Below, in pieces: positions 1 through 13,036 of a stretch of 64,000 bases of DNA. Position 1 is the first letter of the stretch. Every line of letters starts with the position of its first letter. Both the position numbers and the translations under genes were made by a program. The notes beneath the pieces were generated by a model, which searched no databases, was not told where the DNA came from, and saw nothing but the letters and a program-made list of their open reading frames with translations. The stretch is from Nymphaea colorata (taxonomy: Eukaryota): positions 11,222,001 to 11,286,000 of the forward strand of contig NC_045138.2 of assembly GCF_008831285.2 (NCBI RefSeq). Reading direction: 5' to 3'.

Positions 1-179
1 CTGGGATCAAAGCTCCATAAATAGAAATAACATCAAATCCCATATTCAAGGAAATGATCAAAGTAGATGTTAATATGGAAAGATAAGGTTAAAGATGATT
101 GATTTAATCACACCAAACAAACAAGAAAAAGCATGCCAGCTTGCAGCAACCAAGACAAATGTTGGAAAAAGAGTTACAC

Positions 180-523
180 CTGTTTGTGGTTCCACCTGTT
201 GAACTTCCCTTGCAGTACCACTCCATTCATTTAAGTTATTCAATGGGGAAGGTAGGGAATCACTGGGTGCTAACCGACTATTCCCTGACCCACCATCTGA
301 ATATTTTAAAGACGATGAATTTGTAGGGTTCTCTTGAAACCCTTCAGAAGGCGTATCAAAAACCCCAAACGTTCGCCACCATGGCTTTGGGCTAATCCTA
401 GATCCAGGTACGGCATCTGACCCCCGCTCTACTACATTTGCACTGTCAGATTTTGACTGCATAATTTCTGTATATCTTCTCAGGAAATGACCGCCGACAT
501 AGATTTGTCAAATCCCCTACAAA
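180..523 (-). other. Possible exon of an unidentified host gene (Ser/Pro-rich ORF MQSKSDSAN...EPQTG)
   Basis: ORF 70-462(-) lies between an acceptor-like ttttgcAG (524-525) and a donor-like CAG|GTGTAA (178-179). There is no recognisable domain, and I could not join it in frame to upstream exon-like pieces. Confidence 0.3.
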
Positions 524-1186
524 CTGCAAAATTGAACTCATAAAAAAAGGTATAAAATTAACAAAAAAATTACAATCACAAAAAACTTAAAGGAAAGAAA
601 TTCCAAAGAAGGGGATCTAATTTAAAACTCTGACAAAATATATGAAAAATCAAAAGAGATATGAGTTGAAGCAGAATCATGTTCTAAAATAAAAGATACC
701 CCCCTCCTCCCAATATATATGATTAGCAGCATGCTTTCTATTAGCAAAAAGGAGAATCCTGCCCAACTACAAGTAACATATAAATCAAGCAATGAGCGAG
801 AAAGCTTCCACCCTCATGGAAGGCAATGAAACCAAAAACAAGCGGACAATAACAAAAAAGGAGATCGAAAATATCCATGCCAAAAAACCTGATCAAACAA
901 AGAGAGAAGGGATGCAAACAGTAACAACAATCAAAACCTAACCTTACTTTAGAGCAAAAGACCTCCACTTGGAGCAACAATCTCAAGTATAAAAGGCAAA
1001 TTCACATATATCAGAAGGAGAAAGGAACAATGCATGGAAAAAATAATTGGAAGAACCAAAAAATCACCATGAAGATCTTCCAGAGACAACCAACTGAAAT
1101 AAAAAAGGACAAATTGCATTTATCAACAAAACAAAAAAGGAAACTTGACATAATTATTGAAGTGAAAAATATAAAAAAGGAAAGTG

Positions 1187-1747
1187 CTATGTCACATACG
1201 TATGGCTAACTGGTGCCAGTAGAGGTACAGATGTGGAACAATTTCAAAAAACTTGAGTACGAGGATACAGCTGGGGAAAGCAGCCAATCACCAGAGAAGG
1301 TTGCCAGATGTTATAAATTGATGATAGCTTGGGCGCTAGAGGTTTCTGCATGCAGCATCCTGCAATAGAAGAGCCTTTGACTTCGGTCAAAGGCTGTTTA
1401 CCATGTATATACACAATGGAGAAAGCCATAAATTTTGGATTATATAGACCTAATGGAAATTGTCCAGATTCCAAATTTTGACAGTTTTGGTCTATTTATG
1501 TTACTTTTTTGCTGGTTTCATTTAATTTGAACCGCAACTGCCATGATGTGTTTCTTAAAGTCCTAAATTTATATATGTTTTTTTAGTATATTTACGTTGT
1601 TTGTTTATTTTAATGATGTGATGATATGAATTTTGTTTTTATTTTATTTTTTGGAATTAAATATATATAATTATCGCCATACCGCCGTACCTGTACCCGC
1701 TTCCCCCATACCTACCCTGCCTTTTTGCAAGTGTCCATGTTACATGG
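1187..1747. mobile_element. Degenerate hAT-type MITE (CTATGTCACA-terminus family)
   Basis: Starts CTATGTCACAT like the 13037 copy and ends in the degenerate inverted ATGTTACATGG, with GTACC/TACCC subterminal motifs. TSD is not preserved. Confidence 0.45.
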
Positions 1748-2626
1748 GGCATCCGTGTAAGTGGGGATCATGAAAGACCTTCAGAAGAAAATAAAAAAAA
1801 CCCCAAAAAAGATCATTTGAAGACCATAAAAACGCGTATATGATCGCAAAAAAAAAAGAGAGCATGAGAAACCTTGCAATTCTTTTAGGTTTGCCCTTCT
1901 TCAAATCTACTTCACTGAATTATAAGAACTAAATGAAATTTGTCAACAAGTCAAGTTAGAAGATGAAAAAGGATAATTATAGGTCCACCTTTCTCACCGA
2001 CTGAAAAGGAAAAAAGTTCAATGGTTTAAAGCAAAATGAGGATTTTGATTACCTCATTTAAGACTTTTTGACAAGAATACCTAGCTCGATCTTAAACAAT
2101 GACAATCACGCCCAGATTTTTCCACATTGGGTGAAAGCAGTGTCGTACGTTTCGTACGATACGAGCCCGTATCGTACGATACGTATTGAAAATACGGTAC
2201 GATACACCCCCCGGGGTGTATCGTTCCTGTATCGCACGTATCGTGCGATACAGGGCCCGTATCGTACGATACAGGCTGATTTCACATAAACTCGCCCGCG
2301 ACCTACTTATTCGACTTCTTTTTGAAAAATACCCTCCTTTCTTCATTTCTCACACTCAGATACTGCCGTCAAGGAGGGCGATCGTCCATTTTCATTATCA
2401 AAAAGTTGATTTTCACCGTGAAATCGAAGATTAAGGGGCCGATTTGTACGTGGGTGGTTGATTTTCGTTGGGAGGAAAGGGGTTTTCTTCATTTTTTCTT
2501 CGTAAGGTATGAAATCTCATGTTTTTACCATATATTCATATTTTTTTACCGTACAATCGTAGATTGAAAGATTTTGAATGTTTTTCATTAAGTTTACCAT
2601 AGGATTTCGTTTTTTTTTTTGAAGAT

Positions 2627-5600
2627 ATGGATCCTACATGGCAATGGTGCGAAAGGGTGAAGGAGAATAACCGTTTAAAACTCAATTGTAGCTTTTGTGG
2701 GAATACATTTTCAGATTTGGCAGGAACCTCCAAAGATGCATGTCCTTGTGTTGGAGGACCAAACAAACCTTTGCCTCCATTTGTGCGTCAACAATGTTTA
2801 GATATGCTTCATGCTTTACATCAAAAGAGGATACGAAAAGAAATTAAAAAGGCAGATGTAGGCTATAATGAGCCTTTGGAAGATGAAGAAGAAGAGGAAG
2901 AAGCTTATGAATGTGATGATGATGATAGCAGCAATGTTATCCGTATCGTACGATACAGACGCGTATCGTACGATACGTATCGTATAGGTCAAGAAAACCT
3001 ATACGATACGTGATTGAAACACGATACGCGTCCGTATCGTATGCGTATCGTCCGTATCGTACGATACGGGGGCCGTATCGTACGATACGAGCGATACACC
3101 CCCGTATCGTACGATACGGGAGAAAACACATATTTCTTTATTTTTTAAAAGTTTAAACACTCCTCCCCCTCTCTCTTCTTGTATTTAAAGACTCCAATAA
3201 ACGTAGGAGGGAGAAATTTTGCTCATTTTCATAAAAAATAACCAAAGATTCATCAATTTGGAAGATATTATCATTGAATCAGGAAAGATGATAACTATAT
3301 ATTTTGAACTTATAAAATTGTGATGTAATCTAAGTCCTAAAACTCCAAGTCCTAAGACTCTAAGTCCTAAGATTCTATAAAATTTTCAAGTTTAAAATCG
3401 TGATGGATGCTTATATGTTATTCTTGAAAATTTGATTTCTTATTTTTGAATGTATCGTTAATACACATGAATGTTCCTTATGTATGATGATCTTTTTTAT
3501 ATTTGAATACATTTTTCTTAATTTCTGATTTTTTGTTCTTTTTTTTCAGATTTTTAATGATTTTTCTCTATTTTTTATGATTTTTAAATATTTTTTAAAA
3601 TTAAAAAATTAATTTTACGATACGCTACGCTACATTTGCGATACGTTACGATACGGCGTATAGGTCAGCCCGACGGATACACGATACGCTACACCTTTTA
3701 TAACATTGGATAGCAGTCTAAGAACAGATTTGGAGACCTCAAGAGGTAGAGATTGTAGAGGAAAAGGGATCATGTATGTAGGAGGTCGATCTGGCATAAC
3801 GGGAAGAAAAAAAAAGGCACAGCAGATATTAGGGTCAGGCGTGGTATGCGACCACCTAGTGGTAGAGTTCCTACTGGTAGGTCTAGTGTTGGTTCTATTG
3901 AGAGTTTTTTCCGTTCATATACTAGCCCAGGTGGTCAGCCGCAGATTCGTGTTGCTATGACATCTAAAGATATGCTATATCATGCACAAAAGATGGTAGG
4001 GAAATGGTTTTATGATGCATGTAATATTTAATGCAGCTAATTCTTCTCAATTCCAAGCCATGGTAGATGCAATTGCTTCTATAGGCCCCAGATTCAAAAT
4101 GTCATCATATCATCAGTTGAGGGGCAAAATTCTTCAGGATACGGTCAAAGAAGTGTATGAACATTGTGATGAGTTGAAATTATGTTGGAAGGAAACAGGT
4201 TGCTCCATTATGTTAGATGGATGGATTGATTCATGGTCAAGAACACTTGTAAATTTTCTTGTTTATTGCCCTAAAGGTACAATGTTCTTGAAATCTCTTG
4301 ACTTGTCTGATGTTACTAAGACTACTGAGATTTTGTTCAATATTTTTTATAATGTCGTACAAGAAGTTGAACCTGCAAACATTGTACAGTTTAGTATATA
4401 TAATGCTGCAAATTATAGAGCTGCATGAGATTTGTTATTTCAAAAGTATATAACATTTATTTGGAGTCCATGTGTCACTCATTGTATTAATCTAATGCTC
4501 CAAGATCTTAATGAGATGTATGATATGAAATCAGCCATTGACCAATGTCAAGAGGTAACAAAATTTATCTATAATCATGCATATGTATTGAGTTTGATGA
4601 GAAAGTTTACAAAACGAGTTGAATTAATACGACCGACACAAACTAGATTTGCCACAAATGTATTGACTGTGCAGAGTGTGGTGAAACAAAGAACTCCTTT
4701 GAGGCAGATGTTCGCTAGTGAAGAATGGGCTTGCATATCCCCATGCTCATAAAAGAAATGCTTCTTTAGTTGTGGATATTGTATTCAATAACGAATTTTG
4801 AGAATCATGTGTGAAGCTATTGAAGGTTTGTGTTCCATTAATTAAAGTTCTCAGGTTAGCTAACAGCGAGGATAGACCTTCCATAGGGTACTTATATGAG
4901 GCTATGGATAAAGCAAAAGAGGCAATTCGAGAAAACTTGAAAAGAAAGAAAAAGTTATATATGCTCATATGGAAGATTATAGATAAAAGGTGGACTGCAC
5001 AACTTCATCAACCTCTATATGCAGCAACTTACTATCTAAATCCTGCAATTAGATTTTCTCCTACATTTAAGGACAGAGAAGTCTTAGGTGGTTTGTTGGA
5101 TTGTATTAACGTGTTAGTGGCAGATTCTAAAGAACAAGATGTTGTGCACAATGAGTTGGATCTATATGATACTTGTTTTCGAAACATGGGACAACCTGTC
5201 GCCATTCGAGTCAGGACAACCATGCGTCCCGTTAAATACATAGAAATTTTTAATTTACTTTGCATTTGTTACATTTAATTCTTTTAAAACTTTCACATTG
5301 ATTTGTTATATTTTCGTTTAGATTTGTGGTTGAATAGGTATGGGTTTGATTGTCCAAACCTAGCACGTTTTGCAATCAAATCCTCAGCCAGACATGCAGT
5401 GCTAGTGGATGCGAAAGGAACTGGAGTGTGTTTCAACATATCCATAGCAAAAAAAGGAATAGACTCGAATATAAAAGGTTGAATGACCTTGTCTTTGTTC
5501 GATATAATATGAAGTTGAAACAAAGGTATTACAGGCATATAGCATAATGTTTACATTTTTTGTACAATATATTTGTATGAAATTATATATTAACAAGTTT

Positions 5601-5888
5601 TCTCTTATTTAACGTAGAGAATTAGAAAAATCATTAGCAAGGAAGCACACATCTCAGTTCGATCCTATCAGCTTGGAAAATTTTGAAGATCTAGAGCCAT
5701 GGATTGAGGAAGAACCAGCTACAATATTTGATGATGAAGATCTTGAATGCTTCAACCTTGAAGCTAAAGCAACAAAAGGCTTTGTTGATGAAGGAGAGTC
5801 TGCTACTGGCACTGCTGGTGCTCAATATGTTGGTGAGGATCTTCCAATTCTTGACGATGAAGATGAAGATGATGAAGATTATGAATGA
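2627..5888 (+). pseudogene. hAT transposase pseudogene (BED-like Zn finger, DUF659-like core, hAT dimerisation region)
   Basis: ORF pieces WQWCER..LNCSFCG, GCSIMLDGW..RTLVNFLVYCPKGT, WSPCVTHCINLML, TRFAT, LHQPLYAATYYLNP, SQTCSASGCERNWSVF..KRNRL and an acidic tail. Broken by frameshifts, stops and the nested MITE. Confidence 0.9.
2932..3708 (+). mobile_element. Non-autonomous hAT MITE nested in the transposase of a same-family element
   Basis: Perfect 9-bp TIR CAATGTTAT / ATAACATTG and 8-bp TSD GATAGCAG (2924-2931, 3709-3716). Carries the same subterminal repeats as the host element. Removing it restores the frame DDDDSS-LRTDLETS. Confidence 0.93.
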
Positions 5889-6581
5889 TGAATCATGAAT
5901 GAGAGTCAAGTCAAGAGTGCTTTCATTTTATATGTATCGAACGACTTAAGAGTTATGAATCTATGGTTGTTGAACACTTAAATGTTTTATCACTTCATGA
6001 CTTATCCTTTGTTGAATGATATTGTTATGAATTTTGATGTCTATGAATGATGAACGCGTAAGTTTATAGCAATAATAAGTCTATCATTATCTCAAACATG
6101 TTTTCTACAAAGAATTTATTATTTTTAATTTTTTCTGATTTTTTATGAATTTTCCGATTTTTTTAAATTTTTTCTGATTTATTAATAATTTTTTAAAAAA
6201 ATTTACGATACGGTTACGATACGTTACGATATTTTACGATACGACGTATCTTAAAGCCCGACCGATACGGCTTACGATGCGCGTTTTACAACATTGGGTG
6301 AAAGATATTACTAGTTAAACATACAAAACTGAAGTTTTTATGAAAATGGCATTAAATTTTAGGTTGTCCTTAGATGACACCCTCAAAAGACAAAGTTTCA
6401 TGAAACCAGGTTTTATAAATATCTAATTTTTTAACTATAGTTTGTGTTTTTGGGTGAAAATACCAAAATGACATTTTTGTATAAATAGAACGGTTATTCA
6501 TTTCCTTCTGAAAACATCATTTTGTCAAAACTAGGTTTTCCAGAAACCCAGTTCAACAATCATCCAAACATGCCTTAAATG

Positions 6582-7179
6582 CTTTGTCACATCGGTACTG
6601 TAATAAAGGCAGCATACCCGTACCGGTCAACTTTGATCGAGTCCTAAATTGAATGCATACAGTTATGGGTACGTTGACCGTATCCGATACTGTTTGACCA
6701 GTACCCAAGAGGTACTCAGGAGGATTTCAGTTTTGTTCTTTACACCATTTACACTTAAGAAACACATATAGAGCTGTGTTTTCATATTTTGTTCTATAGT
6801 TTCTTCTTTAGAAACTATAAATTTGGAATAATGGATGTGTTATTTTGTTTGAATTCTTATTTTATGTTATATATATAACATAAAATAGGGGATGAGAGAG
6901 AGAAGAGAGAAAGATAGGAGAAGGAAAAAATGAAAAATAACACGAGAAAAGAAGAATGGGTGCGGTCAATAGCACCCGATTCGGTTTGACCAAGTCGGGT
7001 GCCATGTTTGGCTGCACCCAAGCCGATGCGAGTGCGCCACCATATTTGGCACACCCATGTGATTTAAATTTGAAGGCATTTTTGTACATTTTGAAAATTT
7101 GAATAGTGTATGCTTAACTGATTACTATCTGAAGTGCACCCTTATATATGTTAACTCACACCCCACACCCATGTGATAG
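6582..7179. mobile_element. hAT-type MITE (CTATGTCACA-terminus family), degenerate
   Basis: Ends CTTTGTCACAT / ATGTGATAG with near-TSD CTTAAATG / CTTTAAATG. Shares the GGTCAACTTTGA..GAG..CTAAA and GCACCC motifs with 13037-14148. Confidence 0.6.
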
Positions 7180-7645
7180 CTTTAAATGCATTTGATCAAA
7201 TGGAAGCATGTAGGAGGACTCATTACCAAAATATCTAAATTTTCACCATACCAAGCAAACTTGCTACATGAAGGCCTTGTTTTAGGCAGAAAATAAACTA
7301 TTTGTGAACATAAACAAGCAGTCTCATGATGGACATTGGGTACGGCAGTATAGTATCTAATATTTGCAACAGTGTCCACGCATCAAAGTTTTGTTTTCCT
7401 AGACCATATACATGGGAAATAAAAGCATTTCAGTGGCAGTTCACTCTGAAAGTCAACAGCCATACAAGATTAATCTAATAAAGCCTTAAATTTAGTTAAT
7501 TCTTAGAATAGTTTTGAAAAAAACGCACATGAAAAAAGAAAAAAAAAAATCTTTCTCATCATCTCTATGGCCAAATCTAGCTTCACTAAATTCATGATGC
7601 ATTAAGTCAGAGCTCAGCCCACAAATGATCAATTACCAAAGGATC

Positions 7646-7930
7646 TGTTGAAATAGATTGTAATGGGGAACCGGGTCCAATTCTGGACACGGTCCCATGG
7701 GGCACGGGTACCGAGGCTGGCTCGGTACCCTAGGTGGCACTCTTTCTCTCCCTCCTATATAATCTTCACTTAAGTGTAATTGTTGAATTAAGTGAATAGA
7801 TTTTCTCTCTCCTAGGGTTGCGGTGTGCAACTAGGTTAGAGCTTCCCGTGGTTTTTTTCCTCTTTCTGAGGTTTTTCCACGTATACCGTGTGTTCCTTTC
7901 TTCTTCCTTCGTGTGTTGCATGTTTCTACA
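7646..7930 (+). repeat. 5' LTR
   Basis: Direct repeat of 12621-12903 with a few substitutions. TGTTG...CTACA, followed immediately by the PBS. Confidence 0.95.
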
Positions 7931-8329
7931 TGGTATCAGAGCCACGTTCGTGAGATCGTTCGGCTTCGTCTCGTGTTTCCGCCGTCGCCCCTGCGCCGCT
8001 GCTGCCTGCGCCGCTGCTGCCTGCGCCGTTGGAGTTTTCCGTGCCGCCGCCTTTGGGATCTTCTGCGCCGCCGCCGTCGGACGATCCACCGCCGCCGCCG
8101 CCATCAGACGATCCAGCGCCGCCGCCGGTTGCCGTTTGTAGCTTCCGCTGCCGTGGGTGTCTCCTGTTCCGCCGTCGAACGATCCAGCGCTGTCACGCCT
8201 CTGCGCCGCCGCCGTAGGGCGATCCAGCGCGCCGTCGCCGACACCTAGGGTTCCGTGTGGTGCTGGTGTTTCAGCTGCCGCTATGTTGTCTTGTTGCTGC
8301 TTGGTGTTGCGTCTGACTTGACTGCTTGT

Positions 8330-11300
8330 GATGGCGGAAGAGATCGCACCTAAAAGTGATGTGGCTTTTGACGCGGGCAGCGCTCCCAAGAGCGAGATCT
8401 TGCCGGTCCAGGTCACGCCCATTCGTCTGACTAAAGAAAACTATCTCTCCTGGTCTGCTGCTCTCGAGATTGGGATAACAAGCCGTGGTCGTCTTTCCTA
8501 TATCACAGGCGACAAACCGGCGCCCAGCAAAACTGATCCTCAATGGGCGACGTGGGTGTTGGAAGACAGTCAGGTTAAGGTGTGGATCATCAGCTCTGTG
8601 TCCGCTAATATTCAGCCTCTTATTCTGCGGAAGCCGACTTCGTTTGATATGTGGACTGTGCTTGCGAGGATGTATGGTCGCAAGAAAAGGGTTCTGCGTA
8701 CGTACCAGATTAAACGCAGTATTTATTCTCTGAAACAGGGTGACCTGTCTGTTGCCTCCTTCTATGCATCCCTGAAAACTAAGTGGGAGGAACTTGATTA
8801 TCATGTGAATGATAACTGAGACTGTGGTTCTGATCATGCCCGGTACTGGGAAAAGGAATGGATGGACCGGACGTTCCTTTTCCTTGGAGGCTTGCGTGAT
8901 GAGTTTGAATCCATTCAGAGTCAAATTCTAAACTGTGATGAGATTCCTGGAATAGAAGATGTTTATGCCAGAGTGGAATCCGAGGAACGAAGACGCCAAG
9001 TGATGCAGATTGACCCCAGTCATGGGAATGGTCCCTCGGCCTTTGTTAGCCGTTCTTCTGTGTCTGGCCAGCGCCCTGTTAGGCGATGTACACATTGTCA
9101 CAAGTCAGGACATTCTGTTGACTTTTGTTGGGATCTCCACCCTGAGAAGAGACTTGTTCGTGGTCGCCCTCCGTCTAGTCGGCGAGGTTCTCTTGTGCAG
9201 GACTCAAATCAAAGTGGTTCTTCTAGTGGTGAAAAGTCGAGGCTTTCCCCGGATCAAATCAAGGAACTACAAGCTTACATCAGTCGCCTTTCTACTACGT
9301 CAGAGGACACATCTACGTCTGATGGAGCTAAGTTAGCTCAGGCTCTTGTTGCTACTAGTGATCAAGGTAATTCCCCTCCCGGTGATTGGATTGTTGACAG
9401 TGGGGCTACTCATCATATGACCGGGGACCCTAAGATGTTTCAAGAATACAAGTTGACTTCTGGGCAGCAGCGTGCATTTATGGCTGATGGTTCTTCTATT
9501 TCTGTGGCTGGAAAAGGGAGTTTATCATTACTGAACAAATATTGTCTTCATAATGCCCTGCATGTTCCTAATATTCCCGTAAATTTGTTATCTGTTAGCA
9601 GTATTACCAAAGAGCTAAACTGTAATCTAATATTCTCTGTTGATCGTTGTTTACTGCAGGACTTGGGGACGGGGCAGAAGATTGGGATTGGTTCGGCTAT
9701 TGATGGGCTCTACAGAATGCCAGTACAGGTTGCCTCTGCTTTGATTTCAGCCACCAGTGGACAGTTGCCTGGCGTGGAGGACAGATCCGTTATTATGCGC
9801 TGGCACGAGAGACTTGGTCATCTTCCTTTTCAGTTGATTAAACAGTTGTTTCCTAAGATGTTTTAGTCTGTTTCTTTGGACACCTTCGCCTGTGAAGTGT
9901 GTCAGTTGTCTAAGCATGTTAGGGCCTCGTACCCTATTTCGTTCAATAAAACCAGCCGTGCATTTGCTTTGGTTCACTCTGATGTTTGGGGTCCTTCGGG
10001 AGTACCCACCTGTCGTGGTTTTCATTATTTCATGACTCTTATCGATGATTACTCTCGGTGTATGTTCGTGTATTTGTTGAAAGAACGTAGTGAAGTTCCC
10101 GGCATTGTAAAAAACTTCGTTGCATTTGTTGAAACTCAATTCCAGACCCCTGTTCAGACCCTTCGTACTGACAATGCTCGAGAGTATGTCTCCCAATCCC
10201 TTGATGACTTCTTGCGAAGCAAGGGTATTATACATGAAACATCTTGTAGCTACACACCTCCTCAGAATGGCGTGGCTAAAAGAAAGAACCGTCATTTGTT
10301 AAATGTCACCCGGGCCATCATGTTTCAACGTCATGTCCCTAAGCGGTACTGGGGTGATGCACTTGTCACTAGTGCTCATCTCATTAACCGTATGCCTAAT
10401 CGTGTGTTGAATGGTCATTCCCCATATTCTGTTTTGTGGCCTACTCAGAATCCCGGGTCTTTGACCCCTCGGGTGTTTGGGTGTGTTTGCTTATGATCAT
10501 AGTCCCACTCTCAAGAAACTTGATCCTCGATCCATCAAAGCGGTCTTTTTGGGGTATTCCTCCACCCATAAGGGATACAAGTGTGTTCACCCTAGCACTT
10601 CCAGAGTGTATGTCTCCAGGGATGTTACCTTTCATGAACATGAGGCATACTTTCCTGCGAATCATCTTCAGGGGGAGTGTCTAGGTGAGAGAGTGGACGA
10701 GTATTCTTCGCATCAGTTGATTCAGTTCATAGATTTCTTGGATTACACGGCTAGTTCTCCGAGTGTGAGTGTGGTAGACACAGTCAGTGAAGACAGAGAC
10801 AGTCAGATGGAGGGGGCCCTGTGGAAGAACAGTCCCGTGATCATTTGTTTGGTTAGGTTTACAACAGGAAGAAGAAGGATGTGATGGAGGTTGTTGATGT
10901 TACCAATCCCGATCTTGTGAGCTCCCCGGATGATCCAAGTCCGATGAATGAAGATCTTCCTATAGCCCTACGCAAAGGCACCAGGTCATGTATTTCTCAT
11001 CCTATTCAGAGATTTGTTTCGTATGCTAAACTCAGTAAAGACTATAAGTGCTTTATTACCTCTTTATCTATGGTTGTTATTCCCAGGTCAGTGGAGGATG
11101 CCAGGGAGGATCCCAAATGGCTACAGGCCATGACAGAGGAGATGGACGCCCTGGCAAAGAACAATACGTGGGAGGTTGTTGATATTCCTAATGGAACTCA
11201 CTTAGTTGGTTCCAAGTGGGTGTTTACTGTGAAGTACAAACCTGATGGCACTGTTGAACGCTATAAAGCTCGTCTTGTTGCAAAGGGGTTTAGCCAGAAA

Positions 11301-12626
11301 TATGGGATTGACTATCTTGAGACGTTCGCTCCCGTTGCTAAACTGAAGACAGTAAGGGTCATCTTAGCTCTGGCAGTACAAAAGAAGTGGAGCATGGACC
11401 AACTTGATGTCAAGAACGCCTTCTTGAATGGTCACCTTGAGGAAGAAGTCTATATGAGCATGCCGCCTGGATATGCGCAGAAAGGAAAGTGTTGTTATCT
11501 CAAGAAAGCATTGTATGGCCTCAAGCAGTCTCCTAAAGCGTGGTTTGAAAGACTAAGGGTTGTGATGAAGACTAATGGATATAAACAGGGAAATGGTCAT
11601 CACACCCTCTTCATCAAGCAGAGAAATGGTCTGGTGAGCCTTCTACTAGTATATGTTGATGATATGATTGTCACAGGTGATGACGAAGAAGAAAAAAAGA
11701 AGATGAAAGAAACGTTAGCTGCTGAATTTGATCTCAAAGATCTGGGTAAATTGAGGTATTTTTTAGGAATTGAGATCGCTAGATCTGAGACTGGTCTTGT
11801 TATGAGCCAAAGGAAATAAACTTTGGATCTTCTAAAAGAGACAGGTAAACTGGGATGCAGGCCCTTTCTTACTCCAATGGAGTCTGGCACAAGGATAAGT
11901 ATCAAAACTGGGACGATCTTGGATGAGGAAGGAAAAGGGAGGTATCAGCGGCTGGTTGGTAAATTCATTTATCTCACTCTTACTCCCCCGGATATTACGT
12001 ATGCTGTGGGTGTGTTAAGTCAGTTTATGCATGCCCCTACTGATTGTCATTGGAAAAGTGCTGAAAGAGTATTGGGATACTTAAAGAATGACCCAGGGAA
12101 AGGACTGCTCTATACTCGACAAGGTCAACTCAGCATTAAAGGATACTCTGACGCCGACTGGGCAGGTTGCACAGATACTAGAAGGTCTACCACAGGATAC
12201 TGCATCTTTCTTGGAGGTAACCTGGTGGTATGGAGAAGTAAAAGACAAGAAGTTTGTTCCAGGTCTAGTGCTGAGGCTGAATACAGGGCGGTTGCTATGG
12301 GGGTTACAGAAATGTCATGGCTCAAAATTCTGTTAGCATATATTGGGGTGAAAATGGAAGAGAAGATGAGGATGTATTGTGACAACAAGTCGGCTATTAA
12401 CTTGGCAAACAATCCAGTCCTGCACGACAGAACCAAACATGTGGAGATCGATCGCCACTTCATACGAGAACGCATAGATTCTAAGGAGTTGATCCTGCCC
12501 TATATGAAGTGTGAAGATCAAGTTGCTGATGTCTTAACTAAGTCTTTATGTACATCTCAATTTGAGAAAAATGTTAGCAAGCTTGGCATGTTTGACATGT
12601 ATGCCAAGCTTGAGGGGGAGTGTTGA
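8330..12626 (+). pseudogene. Copia gag-pol polyprotein with stops and frameshifts
   Basis: Zn knuckle CTHCHKSGHSVDFCW, protease WIVDSGAT, integrase HSDVWGP / LRTDNAREY / PQNGVA, RT LLVYVDDMIV, RNase H YSDADWAG / YCDNKSAI. Stops at about 8817, 9864 and 11817, and frameshifts at about 10490 and 10880. Confidence 0.95.
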
Positions 12627-12903
12627 AATAGATTGTAATGGGGAACCGGGTCCAATTTTGGACCCGGTCCCATGGGGCATGGGTACCGAGGCTGGCTCGG
12701 TACCCTAGGCGGCACTCTTTCTCTCCCTCCTATATAATCTTCACTTAAGTGTAATTGTTGAATTAAGTGAATAGATTTTCTCTCTCCTAGGGTTGCGGTG
12801 TGCACCTAGGTTAGAGCTTCCCGTGGTTTTTTTCCTTTCTGAGGTTTTTCCACGTATACCGTGTGTTCCTTTCTTCTTCCTTCGTGTGTTGCATGTTTCT
12901 ACA
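12621..12903 (+). repeat. 3' LTR
   Basis: Follows the PPT, is followed by TSD GGATC, and matches the 5' LTR. Confidence 0.95.
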
Positions 12904-13036
12904 GGATCTAACATAGGTTTCTCAAAATAACCTGGCAGAATTAGAAATGCCAAATAACCTTTGAGTTTTAACACCTCCAAACGATCGAGCTTTTCTACTG
13001 ACGAAGCATATCTTTCTATACAAGGGAGTCTAAGAG

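Larger units (their letters stand above)
2138..6296 (+). mobile_element. hAT DNA transposon, decayed autonomous-type copy
   Basis: 8-bp TSD GGTGAAAG (2130-2137 and 6297-6304). Imperfect TIRs CAGTGTCGTA / TACAACATTG. Dense CGTATCGTACGATACG-type subterminal repeats and internal transposase fragments. Confidence 0.93.
7646..12903 (+). mobile_element. Full-length Ty1/copia LTR retrotransposon (short-LTR, Ale-like), inactivated
   Basis: LTRs 7646-7930 and 12621-12903 (TG...CA), 5-bp TSD GGATC, tRNA-Met PBS TGGTATCAGAGCC at 7931, PPT GAGGGGGAG before the 3' LTR, and gag-PR-INT-RT-RH order. Confidence 0.97.

Noticed and set aside
2124..2137. Apparent 14-bp duplication ACATTGGGTGAAAG at both hAT ends
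   Set aside because: On the right, ACATTG is the TIR itself. The canonical 8-bp TSD explains the structure, and the left match is probably chance.
2068..2434. ORFs with RTIR / RIVRY repeats, and a CRISPR-like look of the repeats
   Set aside because: These are translations of palindromic hAT subterminal repeats. There are no regular unique spacers or cas genes, and the context is eukaryotic.
6305..6578. Tourist-like right end (CATCCAAACATGCC-TTAA)
   Set aside because: No matching left TIR found.
7931..7943. tRNA-Met-complementary sequence
   Set aside because: It is a retrotransposon primer-binding site, not a tRNA gene.
7766..8422. Ala/Arg/Pro-rich ORFs (also 47168-48074, 39543-40116, 21243-21753)
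   Set aside because: GC-rich low-complexity leaders lack stop codons by composition, and no domains are present.
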